A DNA stretch of 64,000 nt from the NCBI GenBank assembly GCA_040954595.2, contig CM082577.2, positions 9,573,846-9,637,845 of the forward strand. The letters run 5' to 3'. This stretch comes from Balanoglossus misakiensis (lineage: Eukaryota > Animalia > Hemichordata). This document shows positions 13,656 to 26,288 of this stretch, one piece after another; position 1 is the first letter of the stretch, and each line of letters opens with the position of its first letter. Under the pieces are notes generated by a model, which ran no database searches, was not told where the DNA came from, and was given only the letters and a program-made list of their open reading frames with translations. Made by a program: the position numbers and the translations under genes.

Positions 13656-15027
13656 GTAAGGTCAAAGGTCAAAGGTTCAGTTTAGAACAATGACCTGGAT
13701 ATTATAAATTTCTGTGGAAATGGGTTCAGCACGTGCAAGAGGACAGGAGTGATCCTTGCTGAATGAGATTTTTGTTTATTGCAACTGTGTATAGCTGCAA
13801 AACACGAACTCGTCACAGTGTGTCTGGGGTGCAGACGTTTTTTTCCCAAACATCCTGTCCATTAAGAGTGAAAGGCGATGTGGGCAGTTTCCGTTTTCTA
13901 AAAGGTCAAAGTCACAATTTACGAGGAGAGATGCAAATTACATGTACATCAGTGGATGCGGGTTTTTATTCGCTGGTCAGTGTGCAAACATCTTCAGTGC
14001 TCCTGTGGAAAGTTTGTGCAGTGTGTTGATTGCGTCTGACCACTGACTGTGGCAAGTGTGGTTTCTGTTGGTGGTGTACGTGTTTTGGATAGCTGATGAT
14101 AGGGCGTATCTGTGTGTAGTGATGAAGATATGTACTGTGATTGTTGTCTGTGAAAGTTTAGGTAAGAAGTGCACCCTACCTTACCCCTCCCCCTCTCTCC
14201 CCCACTCCAGTGAGGAGAATGTTTTCATCACAGTGGACAAAACTTGGTGGCTTTTCAGGGATTGGCACATTTTTGATAACCAGAACTTCGAGTTCACTTC
14301 AGAATCGATCCAATGCACCTCACAATATCATATTTCTTCTTCTTTTCCAGACACGACACCGATCTTAAGTAATATTGAATGCAAGTGAAACAAAAAATGT
14401 TTTTCTTTCAAAAAAACCTAATGTGCTGCATTTGTTCACTCGTGTGTGTGTGTGGGAATGTGTGTTTAAAACTTGACTTGCTTCTTCATCACATGGATGG
14501 ACTGTTAGAATGTTTGTCTATACACTGTGAAATCCACATCACTTGCATAATAATATCTTTTTTTTTTCATTTGTTCAGGAAAAAAAACATTTTCATGCCT
14601 GTTATTTGAAAGTTTAAAGTTGAGAGTGTGGAAATTAATATAAAGAATATTTGAAAATTTGGATGAAGTTGATTTTTCATATGTTTGAATAGGTTTTCAT
14701 AGCATTCATGATTAGAAAGTGATGTGCTGTTAAATTAAATATCACACATTTTGAAGAAGAAGTGTTTGATACTGCCATTGTATCTTTGCGCATGATTGCT
14801 TATGGAGGTGCTCGAACTGTGCCCCTCAAGTTATCCGGAATGACCATTTACGTAAACACACATCTTGCATGGAAGTCCAGAGTGATGACTGCATATAATA
14901 TGGCTTTTTTTTCTAACATGGCTGCCAAAAACTTTAAAAAAAAGATCGCACACGACCTCTGACCTCAAGTCGCTTGTCACCATGGCTGCCGTTCTTTCAT
15001 AACTGCACAATCCATCTCTCCTCGCAG

Positions 15028-15230
15028 CCAGGGGACGTCAGTTCCGAACCGGAGGTGACGAGGTGGACCTGGGAAGTCCGCCGCGGAGGCTGAGACCCAC
15101 CATCAGCACGGGCACGGCGACGAGCAGCGTCGTGCGGCGACAGATGAGCAGAACGCAGCAGAGGGCACGGAGACAGTCCGTCGCCAAGATGGGATGGAAG
15201 ACTCTAGCGACGGTGGTCTCCAAAGTGGCG
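15028..15230 (+). CDS. RHBDF1: iRhom coding exon 3
   Basis: ...RARRQSVAKMGWK..., matching the iRhom RKSVAKM-type motif; boundaries cgcag| and |gtaagt. Confidence 0.88.
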
Positions 15231-16208
15231 GTAAGTCAACCAATCAACGTGCAATTCTAAATTTTCATTCAACTCACTGAAATTAGGATGTTGATCTTAC
15301 ACACTTTCAATGCAGTTGAAATATATTTTTCATTGGCAGTGTCTTCTGACCAAATTATAAATTGATGAATCACTGCTTTTTAAAACATGAATCAATACGG
15401 AATTATACTGCATAGCTCTATTTAGTACAATCAGATCAAAACTTATGGAACTGTACTGTAAAACTCTTTTAAGTATAATCAGATGAATACTTAAATTTCC
15501 TAGTGGTTCTGTATATTCCCTAAAAGACAGTCAAACCACTGTTAAAGAGCTTTACTTCTGTTATTGTACCAGAGTTAAACAGTTAGTTTAACATTTCAAA
15601 TTTATAAGGATTGTTTACTTAAACAGTATTCTTACTTTGCATTTAAAAGTTTAGTGTTGAAACTTGGCTTTTCCACTCTGTGGTAGACTGTTAGCCCATT
15701 GACATTATGGAACAGACAAACATTTATGTCTGTGCGTTTCCCAGATTTGAAAAGATATATTTTTAGAGCACAACTTCAGCAATGTGGCATGAGTATTTTA
15801 AAATATCCACCACCTAAAAGAACTCCTAGCTGAATCTCACAGTTTTGAGATTTCTTAAATCCCCCGTTCCCTAAATTGAATTCAAGCCCAGCCTTGAAAA
15901 CAATATGTTTGGAATTATAACGATAGGATAGAACATTGCAACTTTGTGAAGTGACTTTGTATATTGGCACAATTTACTCCATAGTAGTTCACTTGTTTCT
16001 CGTGTGTATTTCCGTCTCCTGTTTTTGTGAATTGCTTAATTTATTTTTTTGTAAATCCAGGATTGCTCTGAAACACAGTCCTCTTAAAGACCATAAACTA
16101 ATTTTAACATAAAAAGTGTCCCATATTAAAATCATAAAGTAAACAGCTGCTGTGCATTGAAACGAATTCACCGACTCACTCCGTGAAAACTTCAAATCTT
16201 TTCTGCAG

Positions 16209-16355
16209 GGCACACCCAAGAGAGGCCCTTCCCAGAGTGCACTGGTGCAGCGGAAGGCGCCGAATATCCACAGTCGTAGTTTTGCGCCGTCGGCTCTGCT
16301 TGACGACAGCGACGAAGAGGATGAGTTGGACACCTCCTTCTTTAGTTCAAACGTG
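16209..16355 (+). CDS. RHBDF1: iRhom coding exon 4
   Basis: HSRSFAPSALLDDSDEEDELDTSFFS resembles the iRhom RSF...DELDTSFF motif. Confidence 0.9.
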
Positions 16356-16546
16356 GTAAGATGTGGGGAAGAGAATGTTGCTTGCTAGAAGAGCACAAAA
16401 AATCTATTTGTGTTTTCGCACACAAATCACACCAAAGAAAAAAAAAACAATTTATAGAATCACCAATTGCCATGCTTGTGGTTTGATTGTCATTTTCAAA
16501 TCACCTGTTAAAGTGTGTGAAATGCACCCTTTTCATTAAGTACAAT

Positions 16547-16678
16547 GCCCTCATGCAGCCATCATGGACTTGAACTCAAAGCGAGGCCAATGGCGAAAGT
16601 TGACCAATCACAGCAAGGGGAATTCCCAAGTGGCCTCGCTTTGAGATCAAATTCATGAGGGGGCGCTAGACTGAGGGA
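16547..16678. mobile_element. Foldback MITE
   Basis: Inverted arms catggacttgaactcaaagcgaggcca / tggcctcgctttgagatcaaattcatg. Confidence 0.65.
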
Positions 16679-17422
16679 CATATAAGAAACAAATATCAAC
16701 AGTTACATCTATTGTCATGCGATATTCCAAGATATTTTTGACTAAACTTAACATTAACAGCAAGTAGTACTGTGAATGATATTCAATTTATAAACATGAA
16801 TGCAACTTAATGCAGATGGCCATTGCAGTGGCGGGACTTTGACTTGTTCTCACACATGGAATGTTACAACCTGTACAGCAGTTTGAGTAAGACGTCTGAC
16901 AGCAGTATGGCAAAATGGCTAGCAAAAACAACCAGTTGGGATTATTCTTTGTGTGGCAGTTTATTTTTGCTGGTTCAAAATGTTGTGAAGCTCTCAATAC
17001 TTTGGTTACCCCAGCTCATCAAAGTTACACTCCTATTATTTTTTAATGCTCTTATGATTGGTATTTTGCCTGTACAAAGATATGAGCATTGTACCATACT
17101 AGCATTAAAATCTGATTATATAGTGGCATTTGCTGTACATAGAGCTGGGGGTGGGTGTACATGTTTTCAATGTTCATCATGTCACACTGGGTTTTGCCAT
17201 ATTACTGATCGGCCTCTTATGGGAAGTGCTGTAGTGTTTTCTGATAACTATACTAACAACAGCTGAATGTCAATACATGTGTACTTACATTTCAGATCAT
17301 TCTAATATTTGTCCCATTTGCACCCAAACCATAAATCTGTCCCATCCTTTGATCATCATTATAATCCTGCAAGTGTGTTCCCCATCCTCACATTTTCTTG
17401 TTTTCACCGTTCCTCTGAAGAT

Positions 17423-17515
17423 TTAACCCTTTCATCAACATGGTTCAGTCCAAACCCATTGTTTCCTGTGGTAAAGTTAGACCTCTAAAGAGGGAACTGG
17501 GGTGGAAAGGGTTAA
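17423..17515. mobile_element. piggyBac-like ~90-bp MITE, copy 2
   Basis: Perfect TTAA-CCCTTTC...GAAAGGG-TTAA ends. Confidence 0.85.
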
Positions 17516-17750
17516 GAGAAACCTGCCTGTGCATGTTAACTTACCTGGTATGGTCATGCATGTTAGGGGTGTTAATGGTTAAACATCATTCGTGGTTTTT
17601 ATGGCATGGTGATCCCTCTTTTTTTGTTTTTGTTTAAACGAACCTTCCATGTTGATTTTTCTTGTGGTTTCTTTTTTTTTTCTTTTTTCCCCCTCCTCTC
17701 TCTCTCTCCCTCTCCCTGTCTGTTTCTCTCCACGTTTCCTCCCGGCGTAG

Positions 17751-18001
17751 CTCTCTCCGACCGAGTATGATGAGGTGTTCTTTGATTTTTCACCCAAGAC
17801 GCAACGGCGGTCCCTGGCCCCCATCCGGGAGGTGTCGGTGCCTTCCCCACTGAGCAAGGCGGAAGAAGCCGGGGTGTCAAAGGTCGTGTTTGGTGGTGCT
17901 GAGGACGAGGTGGATGCCACCGCTCGCACACATCCTCCTCTGCCGCCCGACTTCGACGAGTTTGCCATACGGCCCGCGGAACTCATGCAAGTTCAGATGG
18001 T
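17751..18001 (+). CDS. RHBDF1: iRhom coding exon 5
   Basis: Follows a long polypyrimidine tract; LSPTEYDEVFFDFSPK...QVQMV; phases fit both neighbouring exons. Confidence 0.85.
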
Positions 18002-18011
18002 GTAAGTTATC

Positions 18012-18221
18012 TACTGTAAAACGAGTTATTTTCGCGATAGGAAATTTTCGCGATATAGAAAGAGGCTACAGTTGCAGGAGGATCAATTTTGGCGTTCTCG
18101 TATTTCACTTACTGCATCATTATCTCTGAAAAACTTTTTATGCGACTTTTTATTTTCACGTCTTTTGGCTCTCGCTTTTTCGCGAAAATGTATTGCTCGC
18201 GAAAATAACAGTTTTACAGTA
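18012..18221. mobile_element. TA-flanked MITE (CTGT...ACAG) with ttttcgcg sub-repeats
   Basis: tactgtaaaac...ttattttcgcga / tcgcgaaaataa...gttttacagta. Confidence 0.75.
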
Positions 18222-18657
18222 TGCACTGTAGCTTTCGTTGTTTTGTTTTAATAGTATATAGGGTTGTTTAGTGTATAGGATTGTCCTACTTTCGTGTCTC
18301 ATTATGGAGCTAAATCTGGCCCAGTTCAAAGTGAAGGGGTCCTCGCGCCGCGTTTGTTTGTTAATGAACATTAGAATTCACCCACAAATACCCGGAATTA
18401 GATAATTTTAAGAATGATCGAAGCAGCCAACCGTAGCGTAGACGGGGCATGACAGCAACTGAAGATCCTGGTAGGTCGTGGCGACTGCTGTGGGTTTTGC
18501 GCTGGTGTGGGAGGACATATTCTCATCAAGGGGGACACCAATGTGGCGCGACGACCTCCTTCCATTAACCTGGATCAAGTTGTGACTGAGATACAAGTTG
18601 TCACTTTGACCGTGTGTAGTCAACTGATTGGCGCAATGCATTAAATTAAAATTTCAG

Positions 18658-18906
18658 CCCGACTGGCGTTGGGTGGATGAAGAAGAAACAGGACGAGCGG
18701 TTCGACGTTGCCAAGACCGGGGAGAGGAAACCGATCCGACGTAACAAGATCGACCTGGACACCATTTTGGACGCGGCGTTCGACAACTCCGACCGGCACG
18801 AGTTCGGCAAAGGTCTGGTCGGACAGTGGCTGCACACCAAGTACAAACCGGAGAGGATGGACACGATGGTGGAAGAGCAGCTGGAAGAACTGGAGGCGGA
18901 TCACAG
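18658..18906 (+). CDS. RHBDF1: iRhom coding exon 6
   Basis: DNSDRHEFGKGLVGQWLHTKYK...VEEQLEELEADHR resembles iRhom YGLGMVG...QIEDMDDHRPFFTYW. Confidence 0.92.
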
Positions 18907-19405
18907 GTGAACGAATTCTCCCAGATTATTGGAATTGTGTAGAAACTCTTGTGTGCCCAAAATGCGACACTCAGATATCGTTAATTTTTCATCTCTTCTG
19001 ACTGATTATGCTATCTGGCCAGCAATCACTATGTCATGGAAATAATATAAACATAGCAAAAATAAGTTCAGGTTGATTTGATCTCAGTCCATCTATCACA
19101 AGTGTTCGCTCATGTACAAGATGACGTAGCACCATATTTGGACGTGACTCCCTAACTTTGTGATAATGCAGCCAGAAGTGACCCTACCATTAGGGTGACT
19201 TAATCACAAGTATAAACTCAAACGACAAATCGTATACAAGTTTGCTATTTTATCAACGTGAATGATACATGTTGTATTACAAGCTCTGTATTTTTTTGTG
19301 GCTGCCTCATATGGTGACAGCTGTATATGAAGGATTTCTGTTTGTCAAAAAAACAAACTGTAAACATTTACAGTAACTCTACATCCCGTATTCTTTTTCC
19401 TACAG

Positions 19406-19517
19406 ACCCTATTTCACATACTGGATTACATTTGTACATATAGTCATCACACTGATAGCTGTGGTGGTGTATGGTATCGGACCTGTGGGTTTCACCCAGA
19501 AAGAACAGTCTGCCCTG
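19406..19517 (+). CDS. RHBDF1: iRhom coding exon 7 (TM1)
   Basis: [30 protein letters not shown]. Confidence 0.95.
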
Positions 19518-19926
19518 GTAATTAAAAGTATATCATTCTTCAGTGGTTGGACGAAAATCACATCTGCATGCAACCAAAACAAATACCGCAATATTGATGT
19601 TTTCAGAAGGCTCAAAATGCCCAGAATAAGTTTATGTGAATCATCTTCAAGCCAGTGAAAGCTGGACTTTTTTTAACGATTTTTTGACAATCCTAGGTGT
19701 ATATACAGTATAGTCTGAATAGAGTTATTGTACATCCCATTTCCACTTCGTAAAGAAATGCTCTGGTGAACAGGATTGCAAAAGTTATAGGTAACCCTCC
19801 AAAATATGGCTGCCAGTGACCAATACTTGTACATGTTGTGTGAAACATGAAATGCTTGGGATATTTGCAGATATATTTAATGGGTTATAATAACATCCCT
19901 CAATTGTGTCCCTTGTCCTCTTTCAG

Positions 19927-20001
19927 GTTTTGATGTCCAACTTGGCTGTAGAAAATGTTGGTTTCTACGAGCCTCAAAATTTCTGGCTGGGACCAAGATC
20001 T
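19927..20001 (+). CDS. RHBDF1: iRhom coding exon 8
   Basis: VLMSNLAVENVGFYEPQNFWLGPRS. Confidence 0.93.
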
Positions 20002-20238
20002 GTAAGTATTCGGTAAAATCTCCCTATAAGTCTAGATTAACACAAAAAAAACCTTCCAAAAAGAAAACTTTTCTTCTTGCAGTGGACCTAGTCATCGTGA
20101 CTTTATAAAATCCCATATGTAAAGAAACATTTTATAATGATGCTGGAACATAACGATGATGAATATTAAAAAATATTATTATGCCCTCACACTCCATACA
20201 TTAAAATACTTTTGTTTTTACCTACCTCACCTTCATAG

Positions 20239-20400
20239 GCTGACCTGATTCACCTTGGTGCCAAATACGCGCCATGCATGCACACAGACATTAAAGTAGT
20301 AGACGCGATACAAAAGGACCAAGTTTATGAAAACAACACCGGATGTTGCATTCGGAACGACCAGTCTGGCTGCTGGCAGTCTAACCAGCAGTACTGCTCG
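20239..20400 (+). CDS. RHBDF1: iRhom coding exon 9 (iRhom homology domain)
   Basis: ADLIHLGAKYAPCM...GCCIRNDQSGCWQ. Confidence 0.95.
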
Positions 20401-20858
20401 GTAAGTTCAAAATACTACTTGGTTGTGTTTTGTCAAATTCAACATTTGGGGATTTCACAAGTGCGAAAACAAATACTTGGGGATCTAGCGACATTAACCA
20501 AGAGCTCAGATGGCTGTCATGTGGCAACAATATCATTCATTTGCCACTGGTTTCTGACTTGTGTGATGTTAAATGAAGAGGGGAGAATGACTCTACCGAT
20601 GTACTCATAACTGTGCTGATTGTAAACATTTTTTTTTTCAAAAATAGGGTAGAAATAAATATGTCCTACACCTTATAACACCTTAAAAAACAGGCAGTGC
20701 AGGGAAGGGATGGATTTGTGTGCATTGTTCGAAACCTATTAGCGCTATAGTTTGGTCCATCTATCCATTGTCTATCGTTAAGTTGGACCTCTACAGAGGG
20801 AAATGAGAGTGAAAGGTTTAAATTGTCGTGGAAAAGTAATCGGAAACTTCTGTTTCAG

Positions 20859-20947
20859 GAAACGTTTGCCACATTCGAGAAATGGTCAGTGGATAACCCA
20901 GGACCGGACAACAGAGTATCGGGTGCAGTGTGCGGCCAGGATCCAAG
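20859..20947 (+). CDS. RHBDF1: iRhom coding exon 10
   Basis: ETFATFEKW...SGAVCGQDPR. Confidence 0.93.
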
Positions 20948-21124
20948 GTGAGAGAGAGAGAAGGGGTCAATGAACTCTTCATTTTGTAAACGCGGATCAA
21001 AAGTTACATTTTATACAGTGTAATAGTTTTCCTGTGACCTTCCCATGCTATTGCTCCCTTGCACCCCCTGGTGTGTTCCAACAGAGCATGTCCCTTACTC
21101 ACACTTTTGTTTCTGTTCCAACAG

Positions 21125-21353
21125 AGCCTGCAATTCACCGTCGAGTCACATACCTCACCTCTGGGCAGACGACCTTTCCAAATGGCCGATCTGCATAGAG
21201 CCTGTGGAAGAGAGCCCTCTCCCCAACATGAAGTGCGACATGACGGGTCATCCGTGCTGCATCGGCATACAAGCCGAGTGTCAGATACACACCAGGGAAT
21301 ATTGTGATTTTGTCAACGGCTACTTCCACGAGGAGGCAACGTTGTGTTCGCAG
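21125..21353 (+). CDS. RHBDF1: iRhom coding exon 11
   Basis: PHLWADDLSKWPIC...GHPCCIGIQAECQIHTREYCDFVNGYFHEEATLCSQ. Confidence 0.96.
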
Positions 21354-21601
21354 GTAACAAAAAAAAACATTATCATCATCTCAACTTTGATCAAATACAT
21401 ACGATATTTCATCCACCATTTTGATCCCAATTTCTGAAACATGGAATTATGGGTAACAGGGTCATACATCTGCCTAAAACATAGGCCACCGCACCACGTA
21501 TTTCATCACATTGTGATCTTTTATGATCGTGTGCGGTTTCCCTGAAGGCTCATGGGTAATATTCTGATGATTGACACGTGCTTTGCATTGCGGATCTGCA
21601 G

Positions 21602-21702
21602 GTCAAGTGTATGGACAGCATCTGCGGTTTGATTTCCTTCACCAACCCAGAGTCTCCTGACCAGTTCTACAGACTGTGGTTGTCCTTGTTCCTCCATGCA
21701 GG
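21602..21702 (+). CDS. RHBDF1: iRhom coding exon 12
   Basis: [34 protein letters not shown]. Confidence 0.96.
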
Positions 21703-21945
21703 GTACGTACAGTGTTTTCCATCTCCAGTTCATGCCACAGACATCAAAAACTGCCTCCTCCTCTCTGAGTTCTGCAGGATCAAACCTATTAAGGCACCTG
21801 TAATCTTTCTTAGTCTGTCATCTATAATTTTACAGTGGGGATTATTTGTGTTTGTACAGCGCCCTCTGTGTTGAAGACATACATGTCTATTTGAGGGCAG
21901 TGATCAATCACTCACAAGTTTTCTTTTGTTTTCTTCATCTCGTAG

Positions 21946-22099
21946 GATAATTCACTGTGCGCTGACAGTGGTATTTCAGATGACGGTATTACGTGACCTA
22001 GAAAAACTAGCCGGTTGGTTGAGAATATCGATAGTCTATATGCTCAGTGGCATTGCAGGCAATTTGTTGAGTGCAATATTTATTCCCTACCGTGCAGAG
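21946..22099 (+). CDS. RHBDF1: iRhom coding exon 13
   Basis: [51 protein letters not shown]. Confidence 0.96.
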
Positions 22100-22580
22100 G
22101 TAAGTTTGCCATGGGGAGATGACTCATTACCCCAAACTAGGATATTGTTCATGAACGTGTTGGCACGTCTTTACTTATGGATAGGGGGAATGAAACCATA
22201 CGGCTGAAAACATCAAGCTGTCAGGGTAAATTGTGTCCAAGCAGTAAACGATGACAGGTAATTGGAACAAGAGGGTCGCTGGATAAAATTCTGTCACAAT
22301 TCTTGTCTTTCTTGCGATATTTGGATATGAAATTTTATGTGATAAATGTTCATTTTAATAATAATAATAGTGAGCTCTTATATAGCACACATATCCACAG
22401 TGTTTTGTAATCAATTCAGGCGCTTTACATACAATTTTCTGATAGTTTTTGTATGAACTCGGGTATCAAAAAAAACCTCAACAGTGAGTACTTATGAGAA
22501 CAGAAAATTGATACTGTACGAAGTCTGACACTTTCTTTCACCTTTAAACCTAAAAATCTCACACCCTGCTCCATCAACAG

Positions 22581-23012
22581 GTGGGACCGGCGGGCTCGCT
22601 GTTCGGCATCCTGGCCTGCCTGGTGGTGGAGGTGCTCCAGAGCTGGCAGATGCTGGAGGAGCCCGGCAAGGCGTTGGGAAAGCTGCTGGGAATCATCGCC
22701 ATCCTCCTGGTGCTGGGGCTGCTGCCGTGGATCGACAACTTCGCCGCCATCGGGGGCTTCGTCTCGGGGATCCTGCTGGCCTTCACCTTCCTGCCGTACA
22801 TCCACTTCGGCGAGTTCGACCGGAAGAGGAAGATAGCGCAGATGATTTTGTGCTTCATTTTGTACCTCGTCCTCATGACGGCTGGGTTCCTGGTCTTCTA
22901 TCTGTACCCGATCACCGACTGTAGCTGGTGCTACTATCTCAACTGCATCCCCTTCACCGATAAATTCTGCGATAACATGGAGATGGAACTGAAAGAACGC
23001 CAGTACGAATAG
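22581..23012 (+). CDS. RHBDF1: iRhom coding exon 14 (last); spliced CDS 2595 nt, about 864 aa
   Basis: VGPAGSLFG (iRhom GPx signature), LGLLPWIDNF, CSWCYYLNCIPFTDKFC, stop TAG at 23010-23012. Probably the single pro-ortholog of RHBDF1/2. Confidence 0.96.
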   Translation: MGPAGSLFGILACLVVEVLQSWQMLEEPGKALGKLLGIIAILLVLGLLPWIDNFAAIGGFVSGILLAFTFLPYIHFGEFDRKRKIAQMILCFILYLVLMTAGFLVFYLYPITDCSWCYYLNCIPFTDKFCDNMEMELKERQYE

Positions 23013-25786
23013 TATCACCACCCACCCCTGTAGTTATCCTTCCACAAATCTCTTACCTTTATTTTAGATATGTTAGGAGTGTTCCAAGATGTAGACGCCA
23101 CAGGGGTGGCAGGCGTAGAATGTAAGATCGTTTTGTAAATGTATAGTAATAGTATATAACTTATCTGAAATTTTTTTTTTGTCAAAGCTTGCTTCCATTT
23201 GCCTTTTATTGACACATTGTTTATTCGTACCGTGAAAGACAATTAATTGGACTGAACCAAAATGACTGGAAATTAGGGAAAGGGGTAGTTTTGCTAATGC
23301 AGCACATAAAATAGAGTCTTGTCAAATTTTTTGATGCCACAGATGACGTGTATCTTCATAATGAACAACTGGCTGAAAAAAAGGTATTTTTTATTGTTTT
23401 GATACCAACCATGCATTTACATGATACGATCCAGTCACGTGGTATTAAATCATGGACTTTTTGGTACGTAGTTCGAGTATAAAAATCTTTGTATGACAAA
23501 GTGAGAGAGTTGTAGTCCTGTTGTGATGTTGGATGCTGTGAATATATGGATGGATGGATAATAGTTTGTAGTGGGAATGTTGTTATGACATTTCTTTAAT
23601 CCGGTCTAAATGTCCAATAACAGGAGTTTTCATCTTTTTTGTTCATTTCTGGAACACTAATGGAAGAAGTTAGACGTGAAAGGCGGTCCAAGCGAATAAT
23701 ATTCCACATTCCCGTTTTGTTTTCCACTGGGATTTTTGGCAATATTTAAAATTTAGAATATTTTAATTTAAGTAGGTTTCCTCAACAAATACTTCAGTGT
23801 CTTGTGCCAAATATTATAATTACGTGTACATATTTCATGTAAATGAATCTCGAAGGCTTATATAGAGAATGTTGATTTCATGTTTGGTCAGCTGTGTAAT
23901 GGTAAGAGATGCACATCCTCTTTGCTGTCCAAGGCAGTCAGAATTAAGATTGAGATATGAATATTCATGACACAATATGAGTGTAAAATATTCAGGATTT
24001 GTTACAACACGTGTGATTCAACCATAGCCAGAATTGTTTGTCTTGTGTACTGTTTGTATTTATAACTTTTGTTGATCTTGGTTTAACATTAAAACTTAAA
24101 TCCATTGAAGCTATCTGCTTGGAATGTACAAATAATCTCGACAGGAATGAACTTCCTCAACAGCACATAAGAGAAGTTGGAATCTTTTTCTATTTACTAT
24201 TTTTTGCTGTGGGTTGAACAAATCACATACTCCATCCTTGATCTTGTGTACTACGATTGTCACTGATTTTGATCAATCTTGAAGATGAGTTGGGTGCTTC
24301 TGGTCAAATGACTGCATTTGGTTTAACTTCCTAATTGATGATGGTCAGTGCTTGGTGCTTGTGTGTGTTTCAGTAACACTACCGTTGCATTCAAAAAATG
24401 ATAGCGTTATATCATGTGAACTCTGGTGGGAAAAAAAGCACAAGGGACTTTTCAAGTACCATACAAGTGTACGTAAGTAATTTTCACAGTGATTGTCATT
24501 TTTGCTGCTTCTCTGCATTTCCATTTGTAATGATGATTTCCCAGTGTAAAATAAATTGGTTACATTGAACCATCGTATATGGTTAAATTTGTCATATTAG
24601 GTAAGTCTTGAAATGAATGCAAGTCTTGAATTGAATGAGCGAAATTAATTCTTTCTTTCATTACAACACTGTTCAGTCCAAAACACTTTCGAGGAGCAAG
24701 CTCTGTGGTATTACCATGGCGACAGTCGTTCTGGGTGACATGAGCTCAACAAAATTCTAGTTGTAGCAATGAGATCCATGTGTTTGGACAAACCATGCAT
24801 AGTGGAAAATTACGACAAATTGGTCTAGAAAAATTCATCTTCAGTTTTAAAAAAAATCACACCAATGTCACAAGTATGATATTAAAGCAATAAAGACTGA
24901 GTTTCCAGAGAAAGGTCAGCCAATTTTCACCAGAATAAAAACTGAACTTCCTCATTTACATGTTTTACATGTTTGCAGGGTGTACTTCATATTGAACCAT
25001 AACACTGTGAGACATACTTCTCGCACTTGCGTGTTTGGCGACATTTATTTTCTAAAAAAAACGGTACATGTATATTTTGTAATAATTTTCCAACTTTTTT
25101 AAATGTTGAAATATGAAAGGAAAGGCAGAAATGCCTGTACTCATTGATTGCTTCAAAGTTTGTATTTGGATAACATTTCCGTTGTCACAACTGTTCAATG
25201 ACAAAGTCACTGGCAAGTTTAGATGTATTGTAAAATAGGACAGTTACCACTGGCACGGCTGAAATCTACACGAAGTTGAAACTCATCTGTTTTGGAGGCT
25301 GTTTATGACACTGCCAAGGTAGTCCGAAATATTGATATTGTATTCAACTGTACGCGTTTTTTCCAAGCAGACGCGTCAATAGAGATATTGACACATCTAG
25401 TTTTCATATTGTCTTTTGGAATAACAAGCTATAATTGTGTCTCGATTGATTCAGAGCCAGTTCAAAACAAAAACAATTAGAAACTGCTTGTTTATTTTTT
25501 CTCTGTATTATCTAGGAAAAGATGACTTCACTGCTTGCATAGTTTTGAAGTTTTTACCATGCATAATTTATGCGTTTCAACTGTGATCTCTGAGAAACTT
25601 TGGACATTTTTAATCAGAAAAAACAGTCTGTTTCTGTGACTTGCAGCGGAGTTAAAAGCACAAGTTTGAATGGTAAGAGGTATAGCAGGATAAAGTTAGT
25701 TCTTCTAGAATGTTCATAGTTGAAGCAAGTTGCATTTTATCTCTGTTCTTACCTGCATATCAATGTCATCATTTTTGTCAAAGTGA

Positions 25787-25797
25787 AATAAAATAAA
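25787..25797 (+). terminator. Likely iRhom polyadenylation signal (overlapping AATAAA pair followed by a GT-rich element); implies a ~2.8-kb 3' UTR
   Basis: aataaaataaa followed by tgtgtcctcgtcttgtgttgt, just upstream of the NOL11 promoter. Earlier AATAAA hexamers also exist (about 24551, 24889, 24934). Confidence 0.5.
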
Positions 25798-26156
25798 CAT
25801 TTCTATCAATTGTGCATGTGTCCTCGTCTTGTGTTGTCCTCACTTGACAGGAGTTTAGAAGATGGTGTACATCTGTATGTAAAGAATCACAAATTCACAA
25901 TAATATTTATGTAATTGTATTATCTGTCATTTTTTGTAGTATTCTTCTACACAAAAAAGGACCATGTTTTGCCTGTACTTTTCATCATCAGAGTTAACTC
26001 TGGAAAGATAATCTGGATTTGATTGTACTCTAGATTACAAGAGCATGATAATTATCAAATGTACAGTCCACCAAAATCGGTTAAAGCAGAGGCGTGCAAA
26101 CACTGAAAACAAAATAAGTTGGATTTTATGTTTGGGGGCGCTTTAGTAATGCCAAT

Positions 26157-26288
26157 ATGGCGGCGCTCATGGAAGGATTCGATCTGTGTGCCGTGTCTGA
26201 TATAAACGATTTTGTCGGCGTAAATCTCGGTAGGGATGATGACGAAACGCTTATTATCACCACATATAGAAATGTGACCGTTTATAAG
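26157..26288 (+). CDS. NOL11: Nucleolar protein 11, exon 1
   Basis: MAALMEGFDLCAV...TLIITTYRNVTVYK resembles the NOL11 N-terminus MAALEEEFTL...VILYK; donor AAG|gtgggt. Confidence 0.88.

Noticed and set aside
17539-17548. ACTTACCTGG, resembling the U1 snRNA 5' end
   Set aside because: No U1 body follows; it is just a reverse-complement donor consensus.
22425-23021. 198-aa antisense ORF (also 34411-34932 and 42270-42806)
   Set aside because: Shadow frames of GC3-rich sense exons.
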